A DNA stretch of 64,000 nucleotides from Flavobacterium sp. (GTDB taxonomy: Bacteria; Bacteroidota; Bacteroidia; Flavobacteriales; Flavobacteriaceae). This document shows, one piece after another, positions 1 through 12,427 of this stretch. A model generated the notes under the pieces. The model searched no databases and was not told the DNA's origin. It worked only from the letters and a program-made list of their open reading frames with translations. The stretch lies in the NCBI RefSeq assembly GCF_046317795.1, contig NZ_JBKCVI010000087.1:3438-67437 (forward strand), read 5' to 3'. Position 1 is the stretch's first letter; each line of letters starts with the position of its first letter. A program made the translations under genes and the position numbers.

Positions 1-742
1 AAAAAGCTATCGAACCTACAAAATGGACTGGAACATCATGACAATTTTCATATTGCATGATATAATTTTTGGTAAAGTCTTTTAACTCTCTACGAATAAT
101 TTTTTTGCAAAATTCGTTGTCTTTATGCTTAATAATAAATTTAGCAAAAGTAGCTAAGTAGGCATTTGGATTGGCTTCTTTATACAAATTAGCTTTGATA
201 TAATCGGCATCAAGATTGTATTCTTCTTCAAATTCTTTGGCTAATTCTTTGGGCATGGTATTAAAATAATAACCACGAAGCAAATGTCTTCCAAAACGAT
301 TTCCTGAGCCATCATCCATAACAATATATCCTAAGGATTGCACTTTTTGATGCAATACTTTTCCATCAAAATAGCTACAATTTGATCCTGTTCCAAGGAT
401 ACAAACTATTGCTTTCTCATCTTTGGGTGTTGTTGCATACACTGCAGCATAGGTATCTTCATGGACAGAAACTGTAGCATTTGGAAAATATTCTTGAAAA
501 ACTTTTGATAAAAAATATTTCATTCTATCAGTTCCACAACCAGCACCATAAAAGAAAAGCTGTTTGGCTTTCGCTTTGTTATGTTCTATATCAAACTTGT
601 CGTCAAGACGTGATATAATTTCTTCTCTATCAAGAACTTCGGGATTTAAACCTAATGTTTGTGTCGTGAATAATACTTTTCCGTTGTCATCAATAGCAAT
701 CCAATCGGCTTTTGTAGATCCACTGTCAACTAATAATTTCAT
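1..742 (-). CDS. N-acetylglucosamine kinase / BadF-type ATPase (3' end outside window)
   Basis: Not in ORF track (open at window edge). Manual minus-strand translation from ATG at 742: MKLLVDSGSTKADWIAIDDNGKVLFTTQTLGLNPE, a sugar-kinase phosphate-1 motif. Lies downstream of gapA-pfkA. Confidence 0.8.
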   Translation of the reverse strand, partial: MKLLVDSGSTKADWIAIDDNGKVLFTTQTLGLNPEVLDREEIISRLDDKFDIEHNKAKAKQLFFYGAGCGTDRMKYFLSKVFQEYFPNATVSVHEDTYAAVYATTPKDEKAIVCILGTGSNCSYFDGKVLHQKVQSLGYIVMDDGSGNRFGRHLLRGYYFNTMPKELAKEFEEEYNLDADYIKANLYKEANPNAYLATFAKFIIKHKDNEFCKKIIRRELKDFTKNYIMQYENCHDVPVHFVGSIAF

Positions 743-834
743 AATTTATTTTTTTAGAGAAAAGAAAATAGAATATAGAAAATAGAGTAACGATATTGTT
801 TAATCTATTTTCTATATTCTATTTTCTATGTTCT

Positions 835-1857
<1,023 letters not shown>

Positions 1858-1917
1858 TTATATTTATAGTTAATGGTTTATGGTTTGCACTTTACACCAC
1901 AAACATCTTTTAATTTT

Positions 1918-2904
1918 TTATGTAGACATAATGTCTGAAACTCTTAGTAATTCTCTATCAATTTCTGAATGTCCTTTAATAGCTTGTTCTAATGGTGTTA
2001 ACGCCACTTTGTCATTTACTATACCTACCATGAAATTTGATTTTCCTTCTAAGATAGATTCAACTGCTTTTACACCTAATCTACTGGCTAAAACCCTATC
2101 GTAACATGAAGGCGCACCTCCACGTTGCATGTGACCAAGCACGGAAACTCGAATATCATATTCAGGGAAATTTTCCTCAATATAATCTTTTAATTCAAAA
2201 ACATTTTTACCAATTTTATCTCCTTCGGCAATGACAACAATACTTGAAGATTTTCCTGATGCTTTACTTTTGCGAAGCGAATCTAAAAGGCGTTCTAATC
2301 CCAAATCTTCTTCAGGAATAAGAATTTCCTCTGCTCCAGCTCCAATACCAGCATTTAGCGCAATATGACCTGCATCACGACCCATTACTTCAACCAAAAA
2401 AAGGCGGTTGTGGGAACTAGCTGTGTCACGAATTTTATCGATGCATTCTACTACAGTGTTTAATGCCGTGTCAAATCCCAAAGTATGACTGGTTCCAAAA
2501 ATATCATTATCAATGGTTCCAGGAATTCCCATTACAGGATAATCATATTCATTATTAAAAATTTCTGCTCCAGTAAAAGAACCATCACCACCAATAACTC
2601 CGAGTGCATCGACTCCTGCAGCAACTAAATTTTGATGTGCTTTTTGTCTGCCTTCTATGGTCATAAATTCTTTGGAACGAGCCGACTTTAAAATGGTTCC
2701 GCCTTTGTTGACGATATTGTTAACACTTCTTGGACCCATTTCTTTGAAATCGCCTTCAATCATTCCTTGATAACCTCTGTATATTCCAATACATTCTATA
2801 TTGTGGTAGGCGCAAGTTCTAACTACTGAACGAATGGCTGCGTTCATTCCTGGAGAATCACCTCCTGAAGTTAAAACTCCAATCTTTTTTATAGTTTTTG
2901 ACAT
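1918..2904 (-). CDS. pfkA: 6-phosphofructokinase
   Basis: LTSGGDSPGMN, GGDGS, TIDND, EVMGR, GHMQRGG motifs. Confidence 0.97.
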   Translation of the reverse strand: MSKTIKKIGVLTSGGDSPGMNAAIRSVVRTCAYHNIECIGIYRGYQGMIEGDFKEMGPRSVNNIVNKGGTILKSARSKEFMTIEGRQKAHQNLVAAGVDALGVIGGDGSFTGAEIFNNEYDYPVMGIPGTIDNDIFGTSHTLGFDTALNTVVECIDKIRDTASSHNRLFLVEVMGRDAGHIALNAGIGAGAEEILIPEEDLGLERLLDSLRKSKASGKSSSIVVIAEGDKIGKNVFELKDYIEENFPEYDIRVSVLGHMQRGGAPSCYDRVLASRLGVKAVESILEGKSNFMVGIVNDKVALTPLEQAIKGHSEIDRELLRVSDIMST

Positions 2905-3045
2905 TTTTCAGCTATTTAATCGTAAAATTAGCAAACGAGAAGCAGTTTTTTATAGATATCATCGAGATGTTATTATATGGAGCAAAATTCAATCGTTTTC
3001 GTTGATAAGTTTTGAAAAAAAGATTAAATTTAAAGGAATTCTATA

Positions 3046-6000
3046 TTAATCCTCAACTGGGATACCTTCTCTATTTGGTGATGGGTTTTCTATATCATTA
3101 TTCTTATCCTTGTCCTTATCTTTCTTTTCTGTATTTGGTAAATCTATATTTTCTATATCAGAATCGTGCAAATCATCACTTTTGTTTGTAGTCACTTTAT
3201 CAATTTTTGCATTTTTAAAGATTTTGTTTATCAACTCTTTTAAAGTATCAAAATCAACTTCATAAGAAATACCAACTCCTTGTGTGTATCCAATTCCCTG
3301 ACCGATGTAGGTTATATCATTTTCTTTATTAAAAAATCTCAAATTCAACGTACCATCTTCATTTACTCTATATTGCACTTCAACATCACCTACTATGGCA
3401 GTTTCTGTAATTCCACCAACGGGAACACCAACTTTGCCGTTTACTGTAATTCTGTCGTTAATCTTGGAAGAGACAGAAACACCAAATCGCGCATCGGTTT
3501 GAAAATCTGGATTATTACTATTATCTCCCGTTACATATTCAATTCCTAATTGAAGTTTATCATCTTCTCCAGCAAACAAATCGTTAAACATACTGCTTGC
3601 CTTTTCAAATAAATTATTGGATAATTGATTTTGGCTTACTCCATCTTGACTCAAAAAACCTCCAGTAGAGAGTAAATACAGCGCTTGTATTTGTCTTGTG
3701 TCTTTATCATCAAGTTTGTATTGCAATTCAGATCTAAGTGAACTACCAACGTTGGGAAAATTAATAGTAAAATCGGGTTCTGGATTTGTTAAACTTCCTT
3801 TTACATCTATAACAACTTCAACGTCTACTTTTTTATTAAAGGATGGATTATCAATTAATACTGCTGGGTTTGCGCCACCCATCACTTTATAAACTGCAGC
3901 TAAGTTGAGCGTTGCGGCTAATGGGTCACCATTCCAAACTATGTAACTCCCCTTTTTTACATCAAATTTTTTGTCAATTAGTCCGCCGTATTTAAAATTA
4001 TAAGAACCTTCGGTAGCAGAAAAATCTCCAAACATTTCAAATTTCCCCGACGTATTTATTCTAAATAATAATGTGCCATTTCCTTTCCCTTTCATGGCAT
4101 GTCCAGATTCTCTATCTAAAATTACTTCAACGTTTGCATTATTGTTTATTGTAAAATTAAAATCCAATTCCAACCCATCATAATTTCGGTTTTCGGTTAT
4201 CTTGTTCTTTTTCTTATTTAACTTTTCGGCTGGAGTTAAAAAATGCAGATAGTTATTGTCATCACTAGCAACTGCGTCATTTATAGGTATTTTAATTTCG
4301 GTTCCTTTTGCAGATTCACCGTTAACGGTTATCATCAAAGCGCTTGTTGGGCCTTTTATATTGGCCGAACCATTAAAAAATGCATCTCCATAAAAAGCAG
4401 CACCTTCATAATCTACTGTGTTTAATGCTAATAGTCGGTTAGAGTTTATAGATAAATCCAATTGCCAGTCTTCAAATTGTTTGTGTTTTATTATGCCGCT
4501 TAAAGTTCCTTTTGTATCGAATTTTGTATCTGAAATAGAAGTTTCTCTAATAATAAACTTATTTTCGGTAATATCTACAATGGTATTATCGATAAACTTG
4601 TAATCGGTATTGAGATAAGGAATTGTTAATCCTGCATCATTTACAAATAATCTACCGTTGTAATCTAATTGTTCTACGTTTCCTTCAATTCTAGCATTTC
4701 CGGATACAAAACCACGAATATTAGTAATAACATCGCCACCAATTTTCCCTAAAATTCCTAAATTGAAATTATCAAAACTGAAATCAAGATCTAATAATGT
4801 CTGACTGTTTACAATTTCAATATTTCCACTTGCTTTAAATGTCTCTACATTTTTATTGTCTAATGATGAATTGACATAAAACTTCCTTAGTGATTCATCT
4901 CCAGAGATATCTAAATTTAAGTCGCCATATTCAACATCATTAACATGCAAATTGCCTATGTTTAAGGTGGATGTGGGCTGAAAAACAGTGCTACTTTGTT
5001 TAAAATTAATTTTTCCATTTAGATTACCATCAAACTTAAATTTTTCCACATCGGGTGTGATTTTATTTAAATTTACATTTTCAAAGGTGAGTTGCAAATC
5101 TTTTGAATTATTGCCATTAATGGTTCCCGATAAATTAATATTTTGATTTTCATGAGATAAAATAATATTTTCAAACGAAAAATTACTCAACTTCTTATCA
5201 AAAACTATTTTGTTATTTTCTTCATCCTCTTTTTCGTTTAAATACCAGAGATAATCTTTGAATTGCATCTCTGATTTTTTGAAACCTACCACATTTTTAT
5301 TTTGTTTATTGATAGTGTGGTACAAATTCAAATTGTAAAAATCAAGTCCTTGCTTACCTCCTTTAAATTCAGTTCTAAAATATAAGGTGTCCTTTGAAAT
5401 AGTATTAATTCAACTAAAATCTCTAAATTTATATTGCTTTGTTTTAATAGAGTCCATTTGAATAAACGTATTATACAACGGATTTTGGTTGTCTACTTTT
5501 AACAAAATGTTATCCATTTCATTATCAGAAAATTTAATTTTAGGCGAGTTAAAAGTCAATTTAAAATCTTTTGCCTCTGAACTTATATTTCCTTTCAAAA
5601 TAGTGTTTGTGGCTATCGAAATATCAGGATAAAATATTTCGATAATCTTACTGAATATTGTAAAATTGAATTTTATATATTGACCACTTCTAACTTTATT
5701 GGGTTTGTAATTAGTATATAAACTTCCCAGTGAATTCTCCACTACTTTGAGTAACTGATTGAACTGAAATTTCCCAACCACACTTCCTTCAATCGCATCA
5801 TCAGATGTTATAGTGATAGTTCGCTCTCTTTTTTCATCAAAAACAGAATTAACATTTAAAAAATCAACATAATAAGTGTCTTTTTTGTTTTGGTAAGAGG
5901 CGTTTGTTAGGACAACATCACCTATCATGTTATCGATAGAATTTCCATTGGCTTTTATGGTCAAATCTCCTTTAAAAATTGAGATGGAATCAGTAATAAA

Positions 6001-7599
6001 ATTTAATTTTTGAAGATTTGCATAATCAATTTTGGTTTGAAAATCAATGCGTGTTGCTTTCTTACCTAAATCAACTAAACCATTAAAATCCATAAACAAA
6101 TTTGGATCATTAATATATACTTTTCCTTTAAAAATTGGTTGTTTAAAACTTCCGTCCACAATAATTTTAGTATAAGTGTAGCCGTTATAGGTTACTCTAT
6201 CGACATCGCCAACAAAGGTGGTATTCAATAATTTTTGAGTAAATCCTTTTCCATCAATCGATAGATTTAATGAAACTTTCCCAATATCTTTTCTGTTCAG
6301 CAATGCACCAACATTAAAACCATCAAGAATTACATTTCCTTTGTATTTGGCATTATCAATAGCATCAATATCCGACATTTGTAAATCGGATTCAATAATT
6401 CCTAATGCGGTATTCATTACAAAATTGGCATTAATGTATTTTTGAGATAATTCAGTATTTCCAACAAATGTAAATTGACCAAATTTTTGCAAAGAACTAG
6501 GAAGTTTTTTTCCAAGAATATTAGGTAACAACTTAGTCAAATCAGAATAATTTGAGGTGATTTTATTAAAATCTCCTTTCATATAAAAAGCACCAGGACT
6601 TCGAGAAAATAAATTTTTTAAATTTATATCGCCTTTTATAACCGAATTTTTTTTATCCAAGAGATACAAATCAGTTAAATAAAAATCATTCAATGTTCCT
6701 TTTAATTTGGTATCCAAAAAGAACGTTTGATTTTCTCCAATCTCTTTATAAAAATAATGAATATCATTGGTAGACAGGAAGGATTCCTCAATGTTAATAT
6801 CAAAGATTACTTTGTTATTGAAATTGCTAAAATCTTTATTGTCTCTGTTATAACTTAATATGACTTTTCCTTTAAAAACGGATTCTTTTGTCTCTAAATT
6901 TAGATTTTCAAGCCCAATCATTTTCTTATTATAGGTGAAATCAGCTATCAAATTTTTAACAAATAATCCTCTGTGATCTTTAAATGACAGTTGCTTAATA
7001 CTAGTAGAAACATCTGCGCCTTTAATTTTAAAATCTTTCAAATTGGCATTGAGTTGAGTAAAATCAATATCTTTAGGATTTTCTCTATTGTAATCCATCA
7101 TTGAGAAACGAGATTCCTTTATGTATACATTGCTAGATTGAAATAAAAACTTACCAGAACCTGGTTTTCCATCATCAAATGCTGCAATAAATTTGTCTAA
7201 ATTGGTTTCTTTTTCCTTTTTATAATTAACAATATTCAACTCAAAGTTATCCAAATGCAAATCGCCAAATTGTAACTTACCATCAATCAGATTTTTAAAA
7301 TCTAAAATGGTTGTTTTAATTCTTTTAGCATAAATCAAAGTGTCTTTGTGATGATCTAAAATCAATACTTTCTTCATCTTTACACCACCAAAAACAGTTA
7401 TGGCCACTTCGTCAATATTGATGTTGGTTCCATACTCTTTATTGATTTTATCGGTTGCATAATGAGCAATTTTAGTCTGAACATAAGGTAACGAAAGTGA
7501 AATGCCGATAAGTAACAATAGCAAAATCAGCACAACAATCGTGCGAAAGAGAATTTTTCGAAATTTTTTAAAACCGCTATTTGTTTTAATTTTTTCCAA
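3046..7599 (-). pseudogene. tamB: Translocation/assembly module TamB-family protein, interrupted by one in-frame TGA at 5410-5412 (nonsense allele or sequencing error)
   Basis: ORFs 5410..7599 and 3046..5331 are in the same frame (5409-5331=78 nt). Reading through gives ...KFRDFS*INTISKDTLYFRTEFKGG...NLNLYHTINK with no other stop. N-terminal TM anchor and TamB/DUF490-like C terminus. Confidence 0.8.
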
Positions 7600-7625
7600 T
7601 TATAATTACGACTTGGGAAAGAAAA

Positions 7626-7633
7626 TTACCTTT
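7626..7633 (+). promoter_or_regulatory. Bacteroidota -7 promoter box (TAnnTTTG) upstream of tsaD
   Basis: AAAATTACCTTTGTAAA in the divergent tamB/tsaD gap; coordinates approximate. Confidence 0.55.
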
Positions 7634-7698
7634 GTAAAAATCTTTACATTTGATTTTCTTATTAAAATGTCAAATATAATCCAAATATTGTGCCTTTT

Positions 7699-8721
7699 AT
7701 GCATCACAAAGAAGTTTTTATTCTAGCCATCGAAAGTTCGTGTGACGATACTGCAGCTGCGGTTTTGTGCAACAATAAAGTGCTATCTAATGTTGTGGCA
7801 AGGCAGAGTATTCATGTGGAATATGGTGGCGTTGTACCCGAGTTGGCTTCGCGTGCACACCAGCAAAATATAGTTCCCGTGATTGATATTGCTTTGAAAA
7901 AAGCAAATGTTACCAAAAATCAATTATCTGCCATTGCTTTTACACAAGGTCCAGGATTGATGGGTTCACTTTTAGTAGGTGCGTCTTTTGCAAAATCATT
8001 GGCAATGGCATTGGATATTCCTCTTATTGCCGTTAATCACATGCACGCTCATATTCTGGCTCATTTTATTGACGAAAAAGGTTTTGACAAACCCACTTTT
8101 CCTTTTTTAGCATTGACAATTTCGGGTGGACACACTCAAATTGTAAAAGTCAACGATTTTTTCAACATGGAAATCATAGGCGAAACTACCGATGATGCTG
8201 TGGGAGAAGCGTTTGATAAAACAGCCAAAATATTAGGGTTTCCTTATCCCGGTGGACCATTAATTGACCTATTTGCAGCAAAAGGAAATCCAAAAAAATA
8301 TACATTTACCAAACCAAAAGTTTCCAATTTGGATTTTAGCTTTTCGGGATTGAAAACACAAATTCTTTATTTTGTTCAAAAAAATGTATTGGAAAATCCG
8401 AATTTTATCGAAGAACACAAAAAAGATATTTGCGCCTCTGTACAAAATATTATTATTGAAATTTTGATGGAAAAACTAAATATGGCTGTTGCTCAAACTG
8501 GAATTACCCAAATTGCTATTGGCGGTGGCGTTTCGGCAAACACAGGAATTAGAAAAACCTTAAAAGAAACCGAAACCAAATTTGGCTGGAAAACTTTTAT
8601 CCCAAAATTTGAATATACTACCGATAATGCTGCTATGATTGGGATTGTGGGTTATCATAAATTTCTACACGATAAATTTGTTGATCAATCAACGATTTCA
8701 AAAGCACGAATTGAGTTTTAA
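7699..8721 (+). CDS. tsaD: tRNA N6-adenosine threonylcarbamoyltransferase TsaD
   Basis: LAIESSCDDT, GVVPELASRAH, HMHAH, ISGGHT, DNAAMI motifs; ATG at 7699 preferred over GTG at 7690. Confidence 0.97.
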   Translation: MHHKEVFILAIESSCDDTAAAVLCNNKVLSNVVARQSIHVEYGGVVPELASRAHQQNIVPVIDIALKKANVTKNQLSAIAFTQGPGLMGSLLVGASFAKSLAMALDIPLIAVNHMHAHILAHFIDEKGFDKPTFPFLALTISGGHTQIVKVNDFFNMEIIGETTDDAVGEAFDKTAKILGFPYPGGPLIDLFAAKGNPKKYTFTKPKVSNLDFSFSGLKTQILYFVQKNVLENPNFIEEHKKDICASVQNIIIEILMEKLNMAVAQTGITQIAIGGGVSANTGIRKTLKETETKFGWKTFIPKFEYTTDNAAMIGIVGYHKFLHDKFVDQSTISKARIEF

Positions 8722-8724
8722 ATT

Positions 8725-9432
8725 ATGCAACTGTTCTACAATCCATCCATAACCGAAACCGCAACTTCCTTTGTTTTTGACAAAGAAGAAAGCAAGCACA
8801 TCATCAAAGTGTTGCGCAAAAAAGAAAGCGACATTTTGCATGTTACAAATGGTTTAGGTTTTTTGTTTGTAACCCAAATAACGGTTGCATCTGATACGAA
8901 ATGTACTGTTACAATCACCTCTTTTGAAAAACAAGCGGAACCGAAATTTCATTTGCATTTAGCTGTTGCGCCAACCAAAATGAACGAACGCTACGAATGG
9001 TTTTTAGAAAAAGCGACCGAAATTGGCATACAAGAAATCACACCGATAATCTGCGAACATTCTGAGCGAAAAGTAATTAAAACCGATAGATTTCAGAAGA
9101 TTTTGGAAACGGCCATGAAGCAATCCTTACACTATTATTTGCCGAAATTAAATGAACCTATTGCTTTCAAAGATTTTATAAAACAAGAACACCAAGGACA
9201 AAAATTCATAGCACATTGTTCAGCAACCGATAAAAAATCATTGAAAAAAGAGTTAAAAGTAAATGAAGATGTCACCATTTTAATTGGACCCGAAGGTGAT
9301 TTTTCTGTTAAAGAAATTGAATTGGCTATCGAAAATAATTTTATTCCTGTATCTTTGGGAGCAACACGTTTACGAACCGAAACAGCAGCTATAGTGGCTT
9401 GTCATAGTGTCGTTTTCAAAAATGAAAATTGA
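8725..9432 (+). CDS. rsmE: 16S rRNA (uracil1498-N3)-methyltransferase
   Basis: HIIKVLR, EKATEIG, IGPEGDFS, LGATRLRTETAA SPOUT motifs. Confidence 0.94.
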   Translation: MQLFYNPSITETATSFVFDKEESKHIIKVLRKKESDILHVTNGLGFLFVTQITVASDTKCTVTITSFEKQAEPKFHLHLAVAPTKMNERYEWFLEKATEIGIQEITPIICEHSERKVIKTDRFQKILETAMKQSLHYYLPKLNEPIAFKDFIKQEHQGQKFIAHCSATDKKSLKKELKVNEDVTILIGPEGDFSVKEIELAIENNFIPVSLGATRLRTETAAIVACHSVVFKNEN

Positions 9433-9508
9433 TGATTAACGATTATTGAAATTGTTATTGATATTGAACTTGATTTTTGAAATTGATATTGATTTTTGAA
9501 ATTGATAT
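9433..9508. repeat. Degenerate hexamer tandem repeat (ATTGAT/TTTGAA/CTTGAT) filling the rsmE-DUF4159 gap
   Basis: attgaaattgttattgatattgaacttgatttttgaaattgatattgatttttgaaattgatat. Confidence 0.7.
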
Positions 9509-10147
9509 ATGAAAAAAATAGTATTCCTTTTATTACTGATTACTTCCATTAGCTTTTCACAAGAAATTGCTTTGCTGAAATACAGCGGCGGTGGCGATTG
9601 GTATGCTAATCCAACTTCGTTAACCAATTTAATAAAGTACGCCAATCAAACCATAAACACCAATATTAAATCCAAACCAGCAACCGTAGAACCTGGAAGT
9701 CCCGATATTTTTGGTTATCCATTTGTACACATGACGGGTCATGGCAATGTGGTTTTTAATGATGCCGAAATTGTCAATTTAAGAAATTATTTAATGTCGG
9801 GCGGATTTTTACATGCTGATGATAATTATGGAATGGATCAATACATTCGAAGAGAAATCAAACGAATTTTTCCTGCTACCGATTTAATAGAAATTCCAGA
9901 TAATCATCCTATTTTTCAAAAGCCAACTGTTTTTGCCAATGGTTTACCAAAAATTCATGAGCACGATAACAAACGTCCACAAGCTTTCGGAATTTTTATT
10001 GATAATCGATTAGTTTTGCTCTATACCTATGAATGTGATTTGGGCGATGGTTGGGAAGATGCAGAAGTGCACAATGACCCCAAAGAAGTTCGTGAAAAAG
10101 CATTGAAAATGGGAACCAATATCTTGAATTATATTTTTAAAAATTAA
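9509..10147 (+). CDS. DUF4159 domain protein (secreted)
   Basis: Signal peptide; GGGDWYANP, MTGHG, GGFLHADDNYG, DLGDGWED motifs typical of the family. Confidence 0.8.
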   Translation: MKKIVFLLLLITSISFSQEIALLKYSGGGDWYANPTSLTNLIKYANQTINTNIKSKPATVEPGSPDIFGYPFVHMTGHGNVVFNDAEIVNLRNYLMSGGFLHADDNYGMDQYIRREIKRIFPATDLIEIPDNHPIFQKPTVFANGLPKIHEHDNKRPQAFGIFIDNRLVLLYTYECDLGDGWEDAEVHNDPKEVREKALKMGTNILNYIFKN

Positions 10148-10151
10148 AGCT

Positions 10152-11243
10152 ATGGTAAATTCAAAAACAATTGCATTAGGTATAGTTAAAGGAGTTGGGA
10201 TTATTGTTTTGGCTGCTTTAGCTTTGTATTTTTTATATCTAATACAATCTGTTATCATCTATTTGGTAGTATCTTTAATATTAACACTTATCGGAAATCC
10301 TATCTTAGATTTTTTAAAAGACCGATTAAAATTCAACCATGTAGCTGCTACAATAACAACGTTGTTATTTTTTCTGTCAATTATAGCTGGATTAATCATG
10401 TTGTTTGTTCCGCTAATTTTGGACCAAGGACGAAATTTATCTCTTTTAAATACAGCCGAAATTGAAAAAGACATTATAGTATTAAAAAATCAATTTGGCG
10501 CTTTCTTAGAATCTCACAATATAGACTCTACCAGTTTTTTTAGTGAAGCGAATATTCCTTCTGAATTTAATTTTAGTTTTCTAACAAATTTTTTCAATTC
10601 AATCCTTGGAATGATAAGTAATTTTGGAATTGGACTAGCTTCCGTAATGTTCATTACTTTTTTCTTTTTGAAAGAACGCAGATTGTTTGCCATCAATGCA
10701 AAAAATTTAATGCCCAATAATCAAGAAGAAAGAATTTTAAATTCGCTAAACAAAATTAATCATCTTTTATCACGATATTTCATTGGTTTGCTATTACAGT
10801 TATTGATTGTTTTCATCTTATATCTTTGTGTATTACTGATTTTTGGTGTTGAAAACGCCTTAGTGATTGCATTTTTATGTGCCGTTTTAAATATTATTCC
10901 CTATATAGGCCCATTAATAGCATCCGTTATTGCTGCTATACTGACGATGTTGTGCCATCTTGGAGGTGATTTTCAAACCGAAATTTTACCCGTTACCATT
11001 TACGTAATGATTGGTTTTTGGGTGGTTCAAATAATTGATAATAACATTTCATCACCACTTATTTTTTCTAAAAGCGTCAATTCTCATCCATTGGAAATTT
11101 TTCTAGTAATTTTAATCATTGGATTCTTATTTGGAATTACTGGGATGATAATCGCCATTCCTTTTTATACCATTCTGAAGGTATTTGGAAAAGAGTTTTT
11201 TCCCGAAAACAAGTTAATACAATTACTTACTAAAAATATCTAA
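10152..11243 (+). CDS. AI-2E family transporter
   Basis: Multiple TM segments; NIIPYIGP and P(L)IFSKSVNSHPL motifs. Confidence 0.87.
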   Translation: MVNSKTIALGIVKGVGIIVLAALALYFLYLIQSVIIYLVVSLILTLIGNPILDFLKDRLKFNHVAATITTLLFFLSIIAGLIMLFVPLILDQGRNLSLLNTAEIEKDIIVLKNQFGAFLESHNIDSTSFFSEANIPSEFNFSFLTNFFNSILGMISNFGIGLASVMFITFFFLKERRLFAINAKNLMPNNQEERILNSLNKINHLLSRYFIGLLLQLLIVFILYLCVLLIFGVENALVIAFLCAVLNIIPYIGPLIASVIAAILTMLCHLGGDFQTEILPVTIYVMIGFWVVQIIDNNISSPLIFSKSVNSHPLEIFLVILIIGFLFGITGMIIAIPFYTILKVFGKEFFPENKLIQLLTKNI

Positions 11244-11245
11244 TT

Positions 11246-12424
11246 TTGGATTTAGCAGTTTTAAATCCTGATATTCAAGAATTTATTAACCGTAACCTTG
11301 AGAATGATATTTCAAAAATAGCGTTGCAAAAAAATCCATTTCCCGATGTAAATTGGATACAAATTCTTAACCAAATCAACGGCAAGCAGAAAGCAAAATC
11401 CAAACTACCCACTTGGTTTGTAACCGAAAATATTCTTTATCCTGCTAAAATTTGTATCGAACAAACCTCTTCCGAAAAAACAGCGGAATACAAATCGCAA
11501 CTCGTTTCAGGTGAAAAACTAATCGATTTAACAGGCGGTTTTGGTGTGGATGATTACTATTTTTCAAAGAAAATAAATGAAGTTATTCATTGCGAAATTA
11601 ATGAGGAACTTACCCAAATTGTAAAGCATAATTTTGAGCAACTAAAAGCAACAAACATTCAATGTCTTCCAGGAGAAAGTTTAGAGACTTTAGCAACTCT
11701 ACATCAAAAATTTGATTGGATTTATATTGATCCGTCTCGAAGAAATGATTCTAAAGGAAAAGTTTTTATGCTCAAAGATTGTTTACCCAATGTTCCGGAA
11801 CTATTGGATTTCTACTTTGAATACACTTCCAATATTATGATAAAAACAGCGCCAATTCTTGATATCACTGCTGGATTAACTGAATTAAAAAGTGTTTCAG
11901 CAATTCATATTGTAGCCGTTGAAAATGAAGTTAAAGAATTGCTTTGGATTTTAGAAAAAAACTATTCACAATCTATAAAAATTGTTACCGCCAATATTCT
12001 AAAAGACAAAACAGAAGCATTCTCATTTATGTATGATTCTGAAAAATTGGTAACGTATAATATGCCCAAAAAATATATTTACGAACCCAATGCAGCTATA
12101 ATGAAATCGGGCGGTTTTGATGAAATTGCGATGCAATATAAAATTGACAAACTGCATCAACATTCTCATTTGTATACTTCGGATAATTTGATTGATTTTC
12201 CGGGTAGAATTTTTGAAATCCAAAAATGCATCAATTATTCAAAAGCTGAAATGAAGTTCCATTTAGAAAATAGCAAAGCAAATGTAACCACCCGAAATTT
12301 TCCAGACACCGTTGAAGCTATTAGAAAAAAATGGAAAATTGCGGCTGGAGGAAATGTATATTGTTTTTTTACAACGGATGTGAATAACAATAAAATAGTT
12401 TTACTTTGCAACAAATTAAAATAA
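11246..12424 (+). CDS. Class I SAM-dependent methyltransferase with THUMP-like C-terminal domain
   Basis: EQTSSE, DLTGGFGVD, YIDPSRR, YEPNAAIMKSG; TTG start. Confidence 0.82.
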   Translation: MDLAVLNPDIQEFINRNLENDISKIALQKNPFPDVNWIQILNQINGKQKAKSKLPTWFVTENILYPAKICIEQTSSEKTAEYKSQLVSGEKLIDLTGGFGVDDYYFSKKINEVIHCEINEELTQIVKHNFEQLKATNIQCLPGESLETLATLHQKFDWIYIDPSRRNDSKGKVFMLKDCLPNVPELLDFYFEYTSNIMIKTAPILDITAGLTELKSVSAIHIVAVENEVKELLWILEKNYSQSIKIVTANILKDKTEAFSFMYDSEKLVTYNMPKKYIYEPNAAIMKSGGFDEIAMQYKIDKLHQHSHLYTSDNLIDFPGRIFEIQKCINYSKAEMKFHLENSKANVTTRNFPDTVEAIRKKWKIAAGGNVYCFFTTDVNNNKIVLLCNKLK

Positions 12425-12427
12425 CCC

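Noticed and set aside
5410-5412. Genome-wide TGA recoding or selenocysteine to explain the tamB stop
   Set aside because: TGA is a normal stop elsewhere (rsmE; ATGA overlaps at 13656, 36195, 55456). The position is not a redox Cys-equivalent and no SECIS-like stem is evident.
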